Assembly (NCBI GenBank): GCA_002337455.1
Contig: DDGC01000006.1
Coordinates: 17,922 to 81,921 of the forward strand
From: Rhizobiales bacterium UBA1912
GTDB taxonomy: Bacteria > Pseudomonadota > Alphaproteobacteria > Rhizobiales > Devosiaceae
Length of the DNA stretch: 64,000 nt
Reading direction: 5' to 3'
Each line of letters begins with the position of its first letter. Within the stretch, counting starts at the first letter, position 1. Below, piece after piece: positions 1 through 9,466 of this stretch. The notes under the pieces were generated by a model, which saw only the letters and a program-made list of their open reading frames with translations, was not told where the DNA came from and ran no database searches. The position numbers and the translations under genes were made by a program.

Positions 1-64
1 TCGCGTCTTCGAAAGCGCTGCCCGGCGCGCTTGCGCTTGTATTTCCGATTGCCGATAATGCGGC

Positions 65-415
65 ATGACTGCTTTTGCCGACCATGATGCCTATATCGCT
101 GCGGCACCAGAAGCGCTCCGGCCGCTGCTGATACATTTGCGCGCCCAGCTCAATCAAACGCTCCCTGACGTGGACGAGGTGATCCGATACGACATGCCGG
201 GGTTCGGTTCGCCGGTCATCGCGGGCTATGCGGCGTTCAGCAAGCAGTGCGGTCTGTACGTCAGCAAGGGCGCGATCAGCGCATATGCGAACGACATTGC
301 CGCAGCGGGGCTCAAGGCAACAAAGACCGGTGTCACATTCTCGCCCGGCAAGCCCATTCCTGATGAGCTCGTCGCTGCACTCGCTCTTTATTCGCGAAAA
401 GAGCTTGGGGTGTGA
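65..415 (+). CDS. DUF1801 (YdhG-like) domain protein
   Basis: 116-aa ORF. The translation has the small DUF1801 family pattern (N-terminal ..DAYIAAAPE..LRPLL..LR.., central MPGFG). Codon third positions are GC-rich. Confidence 0.65.
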   Translation: MTAFADHDAYIAAAPEALRPLLIHLRAQLNQTLPDVDEVIRYDMPGFGSPVIAGYAAFSKQCGLYVSKGAISAYANDIAAAGLKATKTGVTFSPGKPIPDELVAALALYSRKELGV

Positions 416-430
416 AGGGCCTGCGATGGC

Positions 431-799
431 CTAGAAAAACTCGACTTCACCCGAATTGGTGCGGGCGGCGATGCCGGAAAGGGATTCGTCGCGCAACTCG
501 TCAAGCGCGAGGGTAGACCATACGCCTTCGGCGGCTTGCGCATCGCCGCCGTCGGAAAGATCAGCGAGCTTGCGCGCGGCGTCGGCCATGTTGCGGCAGC
601 GCTGCTCGATGCGATCCTGCATCTGGAGGGCGACGACGATCTGGCGGATGGCGGTGGAACGAGCTGCGTTGCAATCGATCGAGGTGTCGCCGAGTGTGAG
701 AAGGCTGGCGGTGATGCCGTCGACCATTTCCGCCGTCTGGCGAGCGGTTTCTTCCAGCTCTCTGGCCAGTTTGTGCAAGCTCATGCACGTCATCCCCAA
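431..799 (-). CDS. small hypothetical protein adjacent to cheD, with a CheZ-like DxxxQ motif (possible CheT/CheZ-like accessory protein)
   Basis: 122-aa ORF divergent from cheD. It is acidic and helical and contains ..VALQMQDRIEQRCRNM.. (D-x3-Q). The start could instead be Met6 at 784. Confidence 0.55.
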   Translation of the reverse strand: MGMTCMSLHKLARELEETARQTAEMVDGITASLLTLGDTSIDCNAARSTAIRQIVVALQMQDRIEQRCRNMADAARKLADLSDGGDAQAAEGVWSTLALDELRDESLSGIAARTNSGEVEFF

Positions 800-1000
800 T
801 TCACAACAACAGCATCATAGTAGCAGACTTCTAAACCGATGCTTGCCGATTTCCGCTATCCGTAGTCATCGCCGGTTAGGGTTAGCAAATGGCTAACGAA
901 TGGCGCGATAGGTTTGGAAAAATGCCATTGGCGGGGCCGGTACGTTACGGCCCTGCACAAAAGATCCAGGGAAGCGGTCAATGCCGTTTAAAATATCTTG

Positions 1001-1570
1001 ATGCCCGACACTTTCACCCGCGGCGTGGTGACCACCGTCCACCAAGGGGATTGCGTCATATCCAACCAGCCTGAAGCGACGTTTTCGACGATTTTGGGAT
1101 CGTGTATTTCGGCCTGCGTGCGCGACACGGTGGCGCAAGTGGGGGGCATGAATCACTTCCTTCTGGCCAGCCAGTCGGGGTCGTCCAAAGACAGGTTCGG
1201 GGAATCGGCGCGCTATGGCGCGTTCGCCATGGAGCAGCTCATCAACATGGTCTTGAGCAAGGGCACGGGGCGGAAGGGCAATCTGGAATTCAAGGTGTTC
1301 GGGGGCGGCAACATCCATGCGGGCATGCATGACGTGGGCATGAAGAACATCGAATTCGTGCGTGAGTTCCTGGGCAATGAGGGCTATATCCTCGCCAGTC
1401 AGGACATGGGCGGCAGTTATGCCCGGCGGGTGATGTTCCAGCCGCATGCGGGCAGGGCCTTCGTCAAACGGCTCGACTCCACGGACAATGCCAAGCTGGT
1501 GCGCGAAGAACTGGCGATTGCCAACCGCCAGCCCGCCAAGCCGGTGCTCGACGACATCGAACTGTTCTAG
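1001..1570 (+). CDS. cheD: chemoreceptor glutamine deamidase CheD
   Basis: The translation has the CheD hallmarks ..TILGSCISACVRD..GGMNHFLL.. and ..FGGGN... ATG at 1001; the track ORF begins at TTG 998. Confidence 0.9.
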   Translation: MPDTFTRGVVTTVHQGDCVISNQPEATFSTILGSCISACVRDTVAQVGGMNHFLLASQSGSSKDRFGESARYGAFAMEQLINMVLSKGTGRKGNLEFKVFGGGNIHAGMHDVGMKNIEFVREFLGNEGYILASQDMGGSYARRVMFQPHAGRAFVKRLDSTDNAKLVREELAIANRQPAKPVLDDIELF

Positions 1571-1574
1571 ATCG

Positions 1575-1643
1575 TTTTTGTTTGTCGCGCTTCCAAAGTG
1601 GTACCCGATCCCCGATCGGGTCGAGGACATGCTTATCCTGGAA
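1575..1643 (+). repeat. dispersed intergenic repeat, tail module only (TTTGTTTGTCGCGCTTCC...CTTATCCTGG), interrupted by its own palindrome ACCCGATC-ccc-GATCGGGT (1603-1621)
   Basis: Aligns by eye with the copies at 21897-21950 and 51688-51726. Lies between the convergent cheD and EamA genes. Confidence 0.6.
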
Positions 1644-1657
1644 ACGCTCCAGGGCCG

Positions 1658-2518
1658 TCAGGCAAAGCGCCGGGCCAGAGCGACGCAAAAAACGATGATG
1701 GCGGTGGCGACCAGCATCGAGGCGGCGATGGGTTCGCCCAGCACGAGCCCCGAAAGCGTCAGCCCGAAAAACGGCTGGAGCAACTGGAGCTGGCCGACGC
1801 CGGCGATGCCGCCGAGCGCCAGGCCGCGATACCAGAAGACAAAGCCGACAAGCATTGAAAATACCGAAACGTAGGCGAGGCCGAGCCAGGCGGGGGTGCC
1901 GATAGCCTGCCATGAGGACGGCAACGTGGCGAGTGCCAGCGCTGCCATGAGCGGGGCCGAAAGCACCAGCGCCCAGCAGATGACCTGCCAGCCGCCCAGC
2001 CGCCGCGACAGCCTCGCGCCTTCGGCATAGCCTAGCCCGCAAACGATGATGGCGGCGATCATATAGAGATCGCCCTGCAGCGATCCTGAACCGCCGCTCG
2101 AGACGGCGAAGAAAACGACGATTGCGCTGCCCAGCCCGGAAAACAGCCAGAAGGCCGGACGGGGCCGTTCGCCGCCGCGCAGGACGGCAAAAGCGGCGGT
2201 GGCGAGCGGGAGGAGGCCGATAAAGACGATGGAGCGCGCCGAATTTATATGTTCGAGGGCCAATGCCGTGAGCAGCGGGAAGCCGATGACGACGCCGATG
2301 GCGACGATTGCCAACGAGATGAGATCGGCGGGCCTTGGGCGGGGCTGACCGAGCGCAAACAGGCACGCTGCGCCGAGCAGCGCGGCGAGGGCGGCGCGGG
2401 CCGATGTGAGGAACAGCGGGGTGAAATCGGCGACGGCAACGCGGGTGGCCGGTAGCGAACCGCTGAAAATGACGACGCCGAGCAGTCCGCTGCCCCAACC
2501 TTGAAGAGATGATTTCAC
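1658..2518 (-). CDS. EamA/DMT-family transporter
   Basis: 286-aa protein with ten hydrophobic helices in two EamA-like halves. Divergent from a MocR regulator, which is a common pairing. Confidence 0.85.
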   Translation of the reverse strand: MKSSLQGWGSGLLGVVIFSGSLPATRVAVADFTPLFLTSARAALAALLGAACLFALGQPRPRPADLISLAIVAIGVVIGFPLLTALALEHINSARSIVFIGLLPLATAAFAVLRGGERPRPAFWLFSGLGSAIVVFFAVSSGGSGSLQGDLYMIAAIIVCGLGYAEGARLSRRLGGWQVICWALVLSAPLMAALALATLPSSWQAIGTPAWLGLAYVSVFSMLVGFVFWYRGLALGGIAGVGQLQLLQPFFGLTLSGLVLGEPIAASMLVATAIIVFCVALARRFA

Positions 2519-2586
2519 TGTGTGCCAGCCTGTTGCATTGTTCGCGCGAAATTAGAGGGGTGGGGCTGGTCAGGACAGACACAGAT

Positions 2587-2612
2587 CAATACAATATTGA
2601 AAAATTGTATTG
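2587..2612. promoter_or_regulatory. AT-rich inverted repeat CAATACAAT-N8-ATTGTATTG, candidate MocR operator in the EamA/MocR divergent region
   Basis: Perfect 9-bp arms (2587-2595 / 2604-2612) inside the only AT-rich stretch between the two divergent genes. Confidence 0.5.
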
Positions 2613-2671
2613 GTGAGAGCAGGCACACATTGAACGCGATCGGGCAAATTGGCAGGCGGACGGAAACCGTG

Positions 2672-4036
2672 ATGCAGGCGATCAGGGGGCGGGTGGCCAG
2701 CCGGACGCTGGTGGCTGGCGACCGGTTGCCCTCGATCCGCGCGCTGGCCGCCGAGACGGGCGTTTCCCCATCGACGGTGGTCGAGGCCTATGACCGGCTG
2801 GTGGCCGAAGGTGTCATCCGGGCGCGGCGGGGATCGGGGTTTTATGTTTGCGCAACGGCATTGCCGCCCTTGGCGCTGGGTCAGGAGATCGCGCCGCAGG
2901 AGCGCGATATCGATCCGTTCTGGGTCTCGCGGCAATCGCTCGACGCGGACCCCCTGGCGCTCAAGCCCGGCTGCGGCTGGCTGCCGGCCGACTGGATGCC
3001 GGCGGAGGCGATCCGCAAAGGAATGCGGGCTTTGGCGCGGAGCGGCGATAGCGCGCTTGTCGATTATGGCTCGACCCGTGGATCGACGGCGCTGCGGCGG
3101 ATCATTGCGGGGCGCCTGGCGGCGGAAGGCGTGGAGCCCGCGCCCAACCAATTATTGCTGACGGCGTCGGGGACCGGCGCCATCGATCTGGTCTGCCGGT
3201 TCGTGTTGCGGCCAGGTGATAGGGTTGTGGTGGACGATCCGTGCTATTTCAATTTTCGCGCGTTGCTGCGCGCCCATCAGGTCAAAATCGTTGGCGTGCC
3301 GTATACGCCCAACGGTCCGGATGTTGAGCGCTTCGAGGCGGTGCTGGCGGCTGAGCGGCCCAAGCTCTATGTCACCAACAGCGCCTTGCACAATCCCACG
3401 GGGGCAGTGCTTTCGGCCCAGAGCGCACACCAGGTGCTTTCGGCTGCCACGGCTCATGACGTCACGATTATCGAAGACGATATCTTTGCCGATTTCGCGC
3501 CTGAGCCCGTACCGAACCTGGCGGGGCTCGACGGGTTGGATCGGGTGGTCCGCATCGGGAGCTTTTCGAAGACGGTTTCGGCATCGTTGCGCTGCGGCTA
3601 TATAGCGGCACGGGCCGACTGGATCGAGGGGCTCATCGATCTCCAGATCGCTGCGGGGTTTGGCGGGCCGAGCCCGGTTGCCGCCGAGATCGTGGCCAGC
3701 GTTCTGGCCGGAGGTGGCTATCGCAGACATATCGAAGAGGTACGGCGCCGGCTGGCGCGGGCGCAGACAGAGACGGCTGCAGCGCTGGGGCGCATGGGGA
3801 TAGCGCCTTGGATCGTGCCGCGGGGCGGGTTCAACCTCTGGGGGCAGTTGCCGCAAGGGGTGGATTCGGCGCGGGTGGCGCGCATGGCGCTGGCGGACTC
3901 TATCGTTCTGGCACCGGGCAACGTTTATAGCGCGTCGCGGACCGCCGAGCGGTTCATGCGGTTCAACGTGGCCCAATGCGCTGACCCGAAAATCATGGCG
4001 GTGCTCGAAAGGGCGATGAAGAGCCAGGGGCGGTAG
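2672..4036 (+). CDS. MocR-family regulator (GntR-type wHTH fused to a PLP-dependent aminotransferase-like domain)
   Basis: N-terminal ..[44 protein letters not shown].. followed by a fold-type-I aminotransferase body (..[15 protein letters not shown]..). The start is uncertain: ATG 2672, TTG 2630 or GTG 2669. The track start 2522 would leave no intergenic space and would overlap the palindrome. Confidence 0.85.
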   Translation: MQAIRGRVASRTLVAGDRLPSIRALAAETGVSPSTVVEAYDRLVAEGVIRARRGSGFYVCATALPPLALGQEIAPQERDIDPFWVSRQSLDADPLALKPGCGWLPADWMPAEAIRKGMRALARSGDSALVDYGSTRGSTALRRIIAGRLAAEGVEPAPNQLLLTASGTGAIDLVCRFVLRPGDRVVVDDPCYFNFRALLRAHQVKIVGVPYTPNGPDVERFEAVLAAERPKLYVTNSALHNPTGAVLSAQSAHQVLSAATAHDVTIIEDDIFADFAPEPVPNLAGLDGLDRVVRIGSFSKTVSASLRCGYIAARADWIEGLIDLQIAAGFGGPSPVAAEIVASVLAGGGYRRHIEEVRRRLARAQTETAAALGRMGIAPWIVPRGGFNLWGQLPQGVDSARVARMALADSIVLAPGNVYSASRTAERFMRFNVAQCADPKIMAVLERAMKSQGR

Positions 4037-4125
4037 GGAGAAAACCTTCCCATAATGTTACCGGGAAGGGGTCGCGCTCACAAAGCGTTAACCATAGGCT
4101 TTTAGGGTGGCGCGACGCATTCGAA

Positions 4126-5679
4126 TTGTCGGCAGACCCATTGGCTCGAACCCGCCTCGTTACCGCATTACTGGCGCTCTGGTCGGCGACCCTCGCGGTC
4201 TGCCTGTTTCTGGCCGTCAATTTTTCGGCCCTTTCGTGGTGGCCGCTGGCGGTTGCCGGGGTCTGGGTAACGGCGATTGCGGTGAGTTTTACCGTCGCAA
4301 TCCTTGCCGATCGGGCGCAGCGCCGCGTGCTATCGGCGCTGGGCGAGGCGGTGGGGAGCGGGCCGATCGGAAAGAGCCGCGAAATCGAGCATATGCGCGC
4401 TATCACCGCCAATCTGTGCGTGCGGCTTGAGCGTGCCATGACCTATTGCGCGGCGTTCGAGACGCTGGCGCGTCCGGTCATGCTGGTCGATGGGCAGGGC
4501 ACTATCGTCAAGATGAGCGCCGGGCTTACGGCGCTGGCACCCGAATGCGCCGAGACCGATACGGCTGCGGCGCTGCTGGGCATAACGATCGGGCTGGGCG
4601 AAGCATCGGAAAGCCACGCTGTGACGCTTTCGGGGCAACGCCATATCGCGACCGCCTCCCAGCTTGCGCCGGATCGCTGGCTGATCGAGTTCAACCGGCC
4701 GGGGCGGGTGGTTCCTGCTCCAGTGCTGGAAGAACTGGGACAGGCGCTGGCCGGAGGGCATACTGGCTATCGGATCGCGGCGGAAATCGCCGATGAGGTG
4801 CCCGAGCTCGAACTTGTCAACGCCGGGCTCGCAACGCTCGACATGGCAGCGGAAAGGCTCGATGCCTTGGCGCAAGGCGCGCCGATCACCGATGACGGGG
4901 CCAATGATGGTCTGGCGGCGCGGATCTCCGGGTTGGCGCGGCAGATTGAGGGCATCGATGCTGAACGCGAAACGGCGCTCGACATGCACCGGCGGGCCCG
5001 TGAGCGGCTCGAAAAGGTCGGAGCGCTTGTGGAGATCTGCCGCGAGGCCGCGCAGACGCTGACGCGTTCAGCCGACGATGCGCGCACCCATATGGAAACA
5101 GCACGAAGCGAACTCGATGCCGGCCAGTCGCTGGCCGGGCGCAGCGCCGAGGGCGCCAAAGGGCTGCGGGCTGATGTCGAGACGGCCAGGGCTACGGCCG
5201 AAGAGACAAGCGAACGGGTGGCGGCAGTGACCGGGTTGGTGGGCAAGATCGACAAACTGGTTGCCGGCATCGAAGAGGTGGCGTTCCGCACCAATCTTCT
5301 GGCTCTCAATGCCGCCGTGGAAGCGGCGCGGGCGGGGGAAAAGGGTGCAGGGTTTGCCGTGGTGGCCAGCGAAGTGCGCGAACTGGCGCAGGCGAGCGCC
5401 AAAACTTCCAAGGATATCAGAGCGTTGGTCAAAACCGGGCTGAGTGAAGTCGATGCCGGAGCGCAAGGCGCGCGCGCGCTGGCCGAGACCATGGGCACGG
5501 TTACCGCTCATTTACTGAATTTAAGTGAGGAAACAGCAATGATCGGGGCAAGTCTTGCAAGCGGCGAAGAAGCGCTTGCTGCAGCGCGCTCCGATGTCGA
5601 TCTGATCGGGGATCGGGCAAAACAACAGGCCGAGGCGCTTGACGCGCAGCCGGTGGGGCAATCAGCCGGCAGAGCCTAG
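4126..5679 (+). CDS. methyl-accepting chemotaxis protein (two adjacent TM helices, no obvious periplasmic domain)
   Basis: Contains the highly conserved MCP signalling hairpin ..[39 protein letters not shown]... TTG start in the track. Confidence 0.9.
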   Translation: MSADPLARTRLVTALLALWSATLAVCLFLAVNFSALSWWPLAVAGVWVTAIAVSFTVAILADRAQRRVLSALGEAVGSGPIGKSREIEHMRAITANLCVRLERAMTYCAAFETLARPVMLVDGQGTIVKMSAGLTALAPECAETDTAAALLGITIGLGEASESHAVTLSGQRHIATASQLAPDRWLIEFNRPGRVVPAPVLEELGQALAGGHTGYRIAAEIADEVPELELVNAGLATLDMAAERLDALAQGAPITDDGANDGLAARISGLARQIEGIDAERETALDMHRRARERLEKVGALVEICREAAQTLTRSADDARTHMETARSELDAGQSLAGRSAEGAKGLRADVETARATAEETSERVAAVTGLVGKIDKLVAGIEEVAFRTNLLALNAAVEAARAGEKGAGFAVVASEVRELAQASAKTSKDIRALVKTGLSEVDAGAQGARALAETMGTVTAHLLNLSEETAMIGASLASGEEALAAARSDVDLIGDRAKQQAEALDAQPVGQSAGRA

Positions 5680-5718
5680 CTTGATGGGCGCGACCGGCAT
5701 TGGGGAGTCGGAACTGGA

Positions 5719-6579
5719 ATGGACAATGGTGAATTTCCGCTGAGCGAGAGAGAGTTTTCGCGAATCCGCGAGCGCGTTTATCGCGTGGCGGGCATTTCTC
5801 TTTCCGACGCCAAGCGCACGCTGGTGGTCTCCCGCCTGTCCAAGATCGTCCGCGGGCTCTCGCTGTCGGGGTTCGACGCCTATATCGACTTTCTCGAAAC
5901 GAGCGGCCGGGCCGAGGACGATCAGGATTTCGTCAACGCGCTGACCACCAACCTGACGCGGTTTTTCCGCGAGGATCATCATTTCGATCATCTGACAAGC
6001 TATGTGGCGGGGCTGATCGCCAAGCCGCAGCGCGTGGGCAAGGGGGCAAAACCGCGCTTGCGCATCTGGTCGGCGGGATGCTCGACCGGGCAGGAGCCCT
6101 ATACGATCGCGCTGAGCCTCCTTTCGGCGTTTCCCGAGCTCAAGCGCTGGGATTTCCGTATCCTGGCCACCGACATCGATTCCAACGTAGTGAACAAGGC
6201 GGCACGGGGCGTTTATCCGGCGAGCGAGCTCAATGGGCTTTCGAGCCAGCGCGCCGCGCTGTTTGAAAAGCTGGGAAGCGGGGAAATCGGTATTCCACGC
6301 GCTGCCCACGAACTGGTGACCTTCAAGCTTCTCAATCTTATCGAAGCCTGGCCGGTGAGCGGGCCTTTCGACGCCATTTTCTGCAGGAACGTGGCGATCT
6401 ATTTCGACAAGCCGACGCAAGGCATGCTGTTCGACCGGCTGGGCCAGGTGCTGGCGCCGGACGGCTTTCTCTATATCGGCCATTCGGAAAACCTGCAGGC
6501 CGTTTCCAAGGGTTTCAAGCTGGTCGGCAAGACCGTTTATCAACGCAAGGCGAATGCCGACGCAAAGGATGCAGCATGA
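5719..6579 (+). CDS. cheR: chemotaxis protein methyltransferase CheR
   Basis: Contains ..TNLTRFFRE..H.. and the SAM-binding ..RIWSAGCSTGQEPYTIA.. and ..FDAIFCRNVAIYFD.. motifs. Confidence 0.92.
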   Translation: MDNGEFPLSEREFSRIRERVYRVAGISLSDAKRTLVVSRLSKIVRGLSLSGFDAYIDFLETSGRAEDDQDFVNALTTNLTRFFREDHHFDHLTSYVAGLIAKPQRVGKGAKPRLRIWSAGCSTGQEPYTIALSLLSAFPELKRWDFRILATDIDSNVVNKAARGVYPASELNGLSSQRAALFEKLGSGEIGIPRAAHELVTFKLLNLIEAWPVSGPFDAIFCRNVAIYFDKPTQGMLFDRLGQVLAPDGFLYIGHSENLQAVSKGFKLVGKTVYQRKANADAKDAA

Positions 6580-7625
6580 GCAATATCAGGGTCCTCGTCG
6601 TCGACGATTCGGCGCTCATTCGGGACGTTCTCTCAAAGACGCTGGCTCAGGAGGGCGATATCACGGTGGTGGGCACCGCCCATGATCCACTGGATGCGCG
6701 CGACAAGATCAAGGCGCTCAATCCCGATGTGGTTACGCTCGATATCGAAATGCCCAACATGAACGGGCTGGCCTTCCTGCAAAAAATCATGCGGCTGCGG
6801 CCCTTGCCAGTGGTGATGGTGTCTACCCTCACCACAAAGGGAGCCTCGGAAACCATGCTGGCGCTTGAACTGGGGGCCGTCGATTTTGTCGCCAAACCCG
6901 GTGCCGATATGGTGGGCGGGCTCGAAACGTTCGGTGCGACGCTACGCGAGAAGGTGCGCTTTGCGGCGCAGTCGGACGTGCAGGCGCGGGCCCATCGTGC
7001 CCCAGCGCCAGATCTGCCGCTCAAGACCGCAGCGGCGCCCGAGGGCGCGCTAATCGCGATTGGCGCCTCGACCGGCGGTGTCGAGGCGATCCGCCAGGTG
7101 CTTTCGTCCATTCCTGCGGACTGTCCGCCTATCGTGATTGCCCAGCACATGCCCAAGGGATTTACCGCGCGGTTTGCCGCCCGGCTTAACGAACTGGTGC
7201 CGCTTAGAGTGATCGAGGCCGCCGACCGGATGGTGCTCGAGCGCGGCACAGCCTATGTCGCGCCGGGCGACTTTCATCTGCGGGTGGAAAAAACATCGGG
7301 CCAGCTCAAATGCCGGGTGACCCAGGACGAACAGACTTCGGGGCACCGGCCAAGCGTTGACGTGCTTTTCACGTCGGTTGCGCGGGTGGTGGGTCCCATG
7401 GCGGTCGGAGCGATCCTGACGGGCATGGGGCGCGACGGCGCCCAGGGCATGAAGGCCATGCGCGAGGCGGGCGCGTTCACAATCGGGCAATCGAAGGGTT
7501 CTGCTCTGATCTATGGCATGCCCAAGGCGGCGTTCGAATTGGGGGCGGTGATCGAAGAAGGGCCGGTGGAAAAAATCGCCGGGCGTCTGGTTGCGGCGCT
7601 TATGAAGCTCAAGGCTGCAGCTTGA
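6576..7625 (+). CDS. cheB: chemotaxis response regulator protein-glutamate methylesterase CheB
   Basis: REC domain (VLVVDDS..DVVTLDIEMPNMNG) plus esterase domain (..IGASTGG.., ..QHMP.GFT.., ..GMG.DGA..). ATGA overlap with the cheR stop. Confidence 0.92.
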   Translation: MSNIRVLVVDDSALIRDVLSKTLAQEGDITVVGTAHDPLDARDKIKALNPDVVTLDIEMPNMNGLAFLQKIMRLRPLPVVMVSTLTTKGASETMLALELGAVDFVAKPGADMVGGLETFGATLREKVRFAAQSDVQARAHRAPAPDLPLKTAAAPEGALIAIGASTGGVEAIRQVLSSIPADCPPIVIAQHMPKGFTARFAARLNELVPLRVIEAADRMVLERGTAYVAPGDFHLRVEKTSGQLKCRVTQDEQTSGHRPSVDVLFTSVARVVGPMAVGAILTGMGRDGAQGMKAMREAGAFTIGQSKGSALIYGMPKAAFELGAVIEEGPVEKIAGRLVAALMKLKAAA

Positions 7626-7715
7626 CGCTTTGCATTGAGATTATTGTAACGGTTGTCGCCTAGTTTCGAAGGCTGATCATTCCGGAAGAAGACCGGGTTT
7701 AAAGGCGGAGAATCC

Positions 7716-8105
7716 ATGCCAAAGGCCAGCGCAGTCAGCGTTCTCATCGTCGATGACCAGCAATCGATGCGGGGCATCTGCAAATACATTCTCACTCAGC
7801 TCGGGTTCAAGGACATCGTCGAGGCCAAATCTGGCCGTGATGCGCTGACCAAGCTTGAAAAGACCAGTGTCGACCTCATCATTTCCGACTGGAACATGGA
7901 CGATGTCGACGGGCTGACTCTGCTCAAGGTGATCCGCAAACACCCGCGCACCCAAGGCATGCCCTTTATCATGGCGACGGGCCGTTCCGACAAGGAGCAG
8001 GTCAAGGAAGCCATCGAAAGCGGCGTGAACAACTATATCATCAAGCCCTATGACGCCGGAACGATGAAGAAACGCATCGAAGCGGTTATCGGCGCGCTGA
8101 GCTGA
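7716..8105 (+). CDS. cheY: single-domain response regulator CheY
   Basis: 129 aa with ..VLIVDDQQSMR..DLIISDWNMDDVDG..NNYIIKPY... The GGAG-type RBS (GGCGGAGAA) ends 5 nt upstream of the ATG. Confidence 0.9.
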   Translation: MPKASAVSVLIVDDQQSMRGICKYILTQLGFKDIVEAKSGRDALTKLEKTSVDLIISDWNMDDVDGLTLLKVIRKHPRTQGMPFIMATGRSDKEQVKEAIESGVNNYIIKPYDAGTMKKRIEAVIGALS

Positions 8106-8127
8106 GCGACCTTCCCGTTGCGTTTGC

Positions 8128-8153
8128 AGGGGCGTCCATCGGGGCGCCCTTTT
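8128..8153 (+). terminator. possible intrinsic terminator after cheY
   Basis: AGGGGCG...CGCCCTT stem (7 bp including one G-U) followed by a TTTT run. Confidence 0.45.
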
Positions 8154-8221
8154 GCATGCCGGGCTTGGCAATGGGGCTATCGCATGGTTGAAAAGCAAAC
8201 CGGGTGATTGCGGAAAGAACC

Positions 8222-8590
8222 ATGGAAAAAAAGACCATCGGGCTGGTGGCCCATGACGAAAAAAAGGACGACATGGTCGCCTTCGCAAAGGCGCACAAGG
8301 ACCAGTTAAGCCAGTTCGCGCTGGTGGGCACTGGTACGACCGGCGGCCGCGTGGCGCAGGAAACCGGGCTCGATGTGCTGGCGCTGAAAAGCGGTCCGCT
8401 GGGCGGGGACTCCCAGATCGGGGCGATGATCGCCGAGGGGCGGCTGGACGCGCTGATCTTCTTTATCGACCCGATGAGCGCCCTGCCGCACGACGTGGAC
8501 GTCAAGGCGCTGACCCGGCTCGCGACGCTCTATGACATCCCTGTCGCCTATAACAAGTCCACAGCCGAAGCGGTGCTCAAAGCGCTTTGA
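8222..8590 (+). CDS. mgsA: methylglyoxal synthase
   Basis: [50 protein letters not shown].. is the classical MgsA pattern. Confidence 0.9.
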   Translation: MEKKTIGLVAHDEKKDDMVAFAKAHKDQLSQFALVGTGTTGGRVAQETGLDVLALKSGPLGGDSQIGAMIAEGRLDALIFFIDPMSALPHDVDVKALTRLATLYDIPVAYNKSTAEAVLKAL

Positions 8591-8638
8591 GTTGACCGAA
8601 GGGCGCTGTTGTGAACAGATGCCGCATTTCCGGGGCTT

Positions 8639-9466
8639 TTGACCCTAATACAACACGAAAATCAGGGGCTGAGCATAGGCGTGGCGTTTGACGCGGTAAT
8701 CGAGGTGCGTTCCGTTTCCAAACGGTTTGGCGGACTTCTGGCGGTTTCCAATTGCTCGCTCGAAGTCGAGCGCGGGTCGATCACCGGGCTGATCGGGCCC
8801 AACGGGGCGGGCAAGTCCACCCTGTTCAATATGGTGGCCGGCAATTTTGCGCCAACCAGCGGGCAGATCATCTTTGACGGGCAGGACATAACGGGGCTCA
8901 AGCCTCACGAGTTGTTCCGGCTTGGCATGTTGCGCACCTTCCAGATCGCGCATGAATTTTCCCAGATGACGGCGCTCGAAAACCTGATGATGGTGCCGGG
9001 CGACCAGCCGGGTGAGAGCCTGTCGACCCTATGGTTCCAGCCGGGCAAGGCAGCGGCCCGCGAAGCGGACGTGCGTCAGAAAGCGCTCGACGTCATCGAT
9101 TTTCTCAAACTCGGCCACGTCAAGAACGAGCTGGCAGGCAACCTTTCGGGCGGGCAGAAAAAGCTGCTCGAGTTGGGCCGCACCATGATGGTGGATGCCA
9201 AGATCGTGCTGCTCGATGAGGTGGCGGCGGGCGTCAACAAGACGTTGCTCAACGATCTGGCCGCCAATATCGAGCGTATGAACAAAGAGCTCGGCTACAC
9301 CTTTTTCGTCATCGAGCATGACATGGACCTGATCGCGCGGCTGTGCGACCCGGTGATCGTGATGGCGCAAGGCGAGGTGATCGCCAAGGGCAACATGGAA
9401 GAGTTGCGCGCCAATCCGATGATCGTCGAAGCCTATTTCGGCGGACCGGTGGAGACAGCGCAATGA
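8639..9466 (+). CDS. branched-chain amino acid (Liv/HAAT-type) ABC transporter ATP-binding protein (LivG-like)
   Basis: Walker A GPNGAGKST, signature LSGGQKKLLELGR, Walker B IVLLDE. The start codon is uncertain (TTG 8639 or GTG 8681). Confidence 0.88.
   Translation: MTLIQHENQGLSIGVAFDAVIEVRSVSKRFGGLLAVSNCSLEVERGSITGLIGPNGAGKSTLFNMVAGNFAPTSGQIIFDGQDITGLKPHELFRLGMLRTFQIAHEFSQMTALENLMMVPGDQPGESLSTLWFQPGKAAAREADVRQKALDVIDFLKLGHVKNELAGNLSGGQKKLLELGRTMMVDAKIVLLDEVAAGVNKTLLNDLAANIERMNKELGYTFFVIEHDMDLIARLCDPVIVMAQGEVIAKGNMEELRANPMIVEAYFGGPVETAQ

Noticed and set aside
879-917. GTTAGC-N5-GCTAAC palindrome and a TGGCGC-N5-GTTTG sigma-54-like string upstream of cheD
   Set aside because: The sigma-54 spacing fails, because the -12 GC is not at the right distance. 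The palindrome is only 6 bp and unsupported by anything else.
1464-2582. 372-aa minus-strand ORF overlapping the EamA gene
   Set aside because: The translation is extremely Arg/Pro/Ala-rich (RRRH.., RPRR..), typical of an out-of-frame read of a high-GC gene. The EamA frame (1658-2518) gives a coherent 10-TM protein.
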